This document shows, one piece after another, positions 63,090-64,000 of a stretch of 64,000 bases of DNA (positions are counted from its first letter, which is position 1; each line of letters opens with the position of its first letter). A program made the translations under genes and the position numbers. Under the pieces are notes generated by a model. The model made no database searches, was not told the DNA's origin, and worked only from the letters and a program-made list of their open reading frames with translations. Source of the DNA: Nitrosomonas sp. (GTDB lineage: Bacteria > Pseudomonadota > Gammaproteobacteria > Burkholderiales > Nitrosomonadaceae); NCBI GenBank assembly GCA_021604405.1, contig BQJA01000002.1, positions 25,386 to 89,385 of the forward strand, read 5' to 3'.

Positions 63090-64000
63090 ATGCGCGTTTC
63101 GCAATTTTTCATTTCTACACTTAAAGAAGCCCCAACTGAAGCAGAACTGATCAGCCACAAACTGATGTTGCGTGCAGGACTGATAAAACGTCTAGGCAGT
63201 GGACTTTATACCTGGATGCCTTTGGGTTTGAAGGTGCTGCGCAAGATCGAGAATACGGTCCGCGAAGAAATGAACAGAAGTGGCGCAGTTGAACTTTTAA
63301 TGCCAGCGGTACAGCCTGCCGAGCTATGGCAGGAAACAGAAAGATGGGAAGTTTTTGGTCCACAAATGCTGAAAATAAAAGACCGTCATGATCATGATTA
63401 CTGCTTTGGTCCAACGCATGAAGAAGTTATCACGGATATTGCACGCCGGGAAATCAAAAGCTATCGCCAATTACCTGTCAATTTTTACCAAATTCAAACA
63501 AAATTCCGAGATGAAATCCGTCCACGTTTCGGTGTTATGCGGGCACGTGAATTTATCATGAAAGACGCCTATTCATTTCATGCCAACTTTGCCAGCCTAC
63601 AGCAAACCTACCAGACAATGTACCAAACCTATCAACGGATTTTTACCCGGCTTGGGCTGAATTTTCGTGCTGTAACAGCAGACACAGGCGCGATGGGTGG
63701 CAGTAGCTCGCACGAATTCCATGTATTGGCAGATTCAGGTGAAGATGCGATTGCATTTTGCCCTGATTCTGATTACGCCGCTAATATTGAACTGGCCGAA
63801 GCCTTACCACCCCAGAAATCACAGGATGCACCGCCTGATGAGTGCATGAAAAAAATTGCCACACCCAATCAAAAAACTTGCTCAGATGTCGCAAATTTCC
63901 TAAATCATCCTATACAAGATACCGTTAAAACAATAGCCGTGACAGCCAATGAGAAATTCTTTCTTTTATTATTGCGAGGTGATCATCAGTTAAACGAGTT
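63090..64000 (+). CDS. proS: Prolyl-tRNA synthetase (partial, runs off the window)
   Basis: Hand translation [30 protein letters not shown]...GPTHEE...[15 protein letters not shown]. It is missing from the ORF track because there is no stop in the window. Confidence 0.97.
   Translation, partial: MRVSQFFISTLKEAPTEAELISHKLMLRAGLIKRLGSGLYTWMPLGLKVLRKIENTVREEMNRSGAVELLMPAVQPAELWQETERWEVFGPQMLKIKDRHDHDYCFGPTHEEVITDIARREIKSYRQLPVNFYQIQTKFRDEIRPRFGVMRAREFIMKDAYSFHANFASLQQTYQTMYQTYQRIFTRLGLNFRAVTADTGAMGGSSSHEFHVLADSGEDAIAFCPDSDYAANIELAEALPPQKSQDAPPDECMKKIATPNQKTCSDVANFLNHPIQDTVKTIAVTANEKFFLLLLRGDHQLNE

Overview
Mostly core chromosome of a chemolithoautotrophic betaproteobacterium. The gene set and order (form IA RuBisCO cbbR/cbbLSQO, di-heme cytochrome c peroxidase, hfq-hflXKC-DUF2065-hisZ-purA) suggest a Nitrosomonas-like ammonia oxidizer; this is inference, no search was run. 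Core blocks: ybgC-tolQRAB-pal-cpoB-queE-queC, miaA, grpE-dnaK-dnaJ with two sigma32 promoters, nudJ-mnmA-purB, a heavy-metal RND efflux operon, fbaB, the cbb cluster, an ABC-F ATPase, hfq to purA, ccp, rppH and partial proS. I saw no tRNA, rRNA, CRISPR array or transposase. The main accessory signals are: (1) a CslA-like processive GT2 followed by an apparent GT-C (GT87-like) plus GT-A (TIGR04283-like) fusion, a possible self-contained glycan synthesis and decoration system; (2) an outer-membrane beta-barrel flanked on both sides by two 66%-identical secreted DUF4156-like paralogs; (3) mutually exclusive antiterminator/terminator hairpins between hflC and DUF2065-hisZ-purA; (4) a perfect FNR-type box at class II spacing upstream of fbaB; (5) a translationally coupled secreted protein plus metzincin pair; (6) an orphan di-heme plus tri-heme cytochrome pair; and several small secreted or lipoprotein orphans. 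All family assignments come from motif recognition and need database confirmation.
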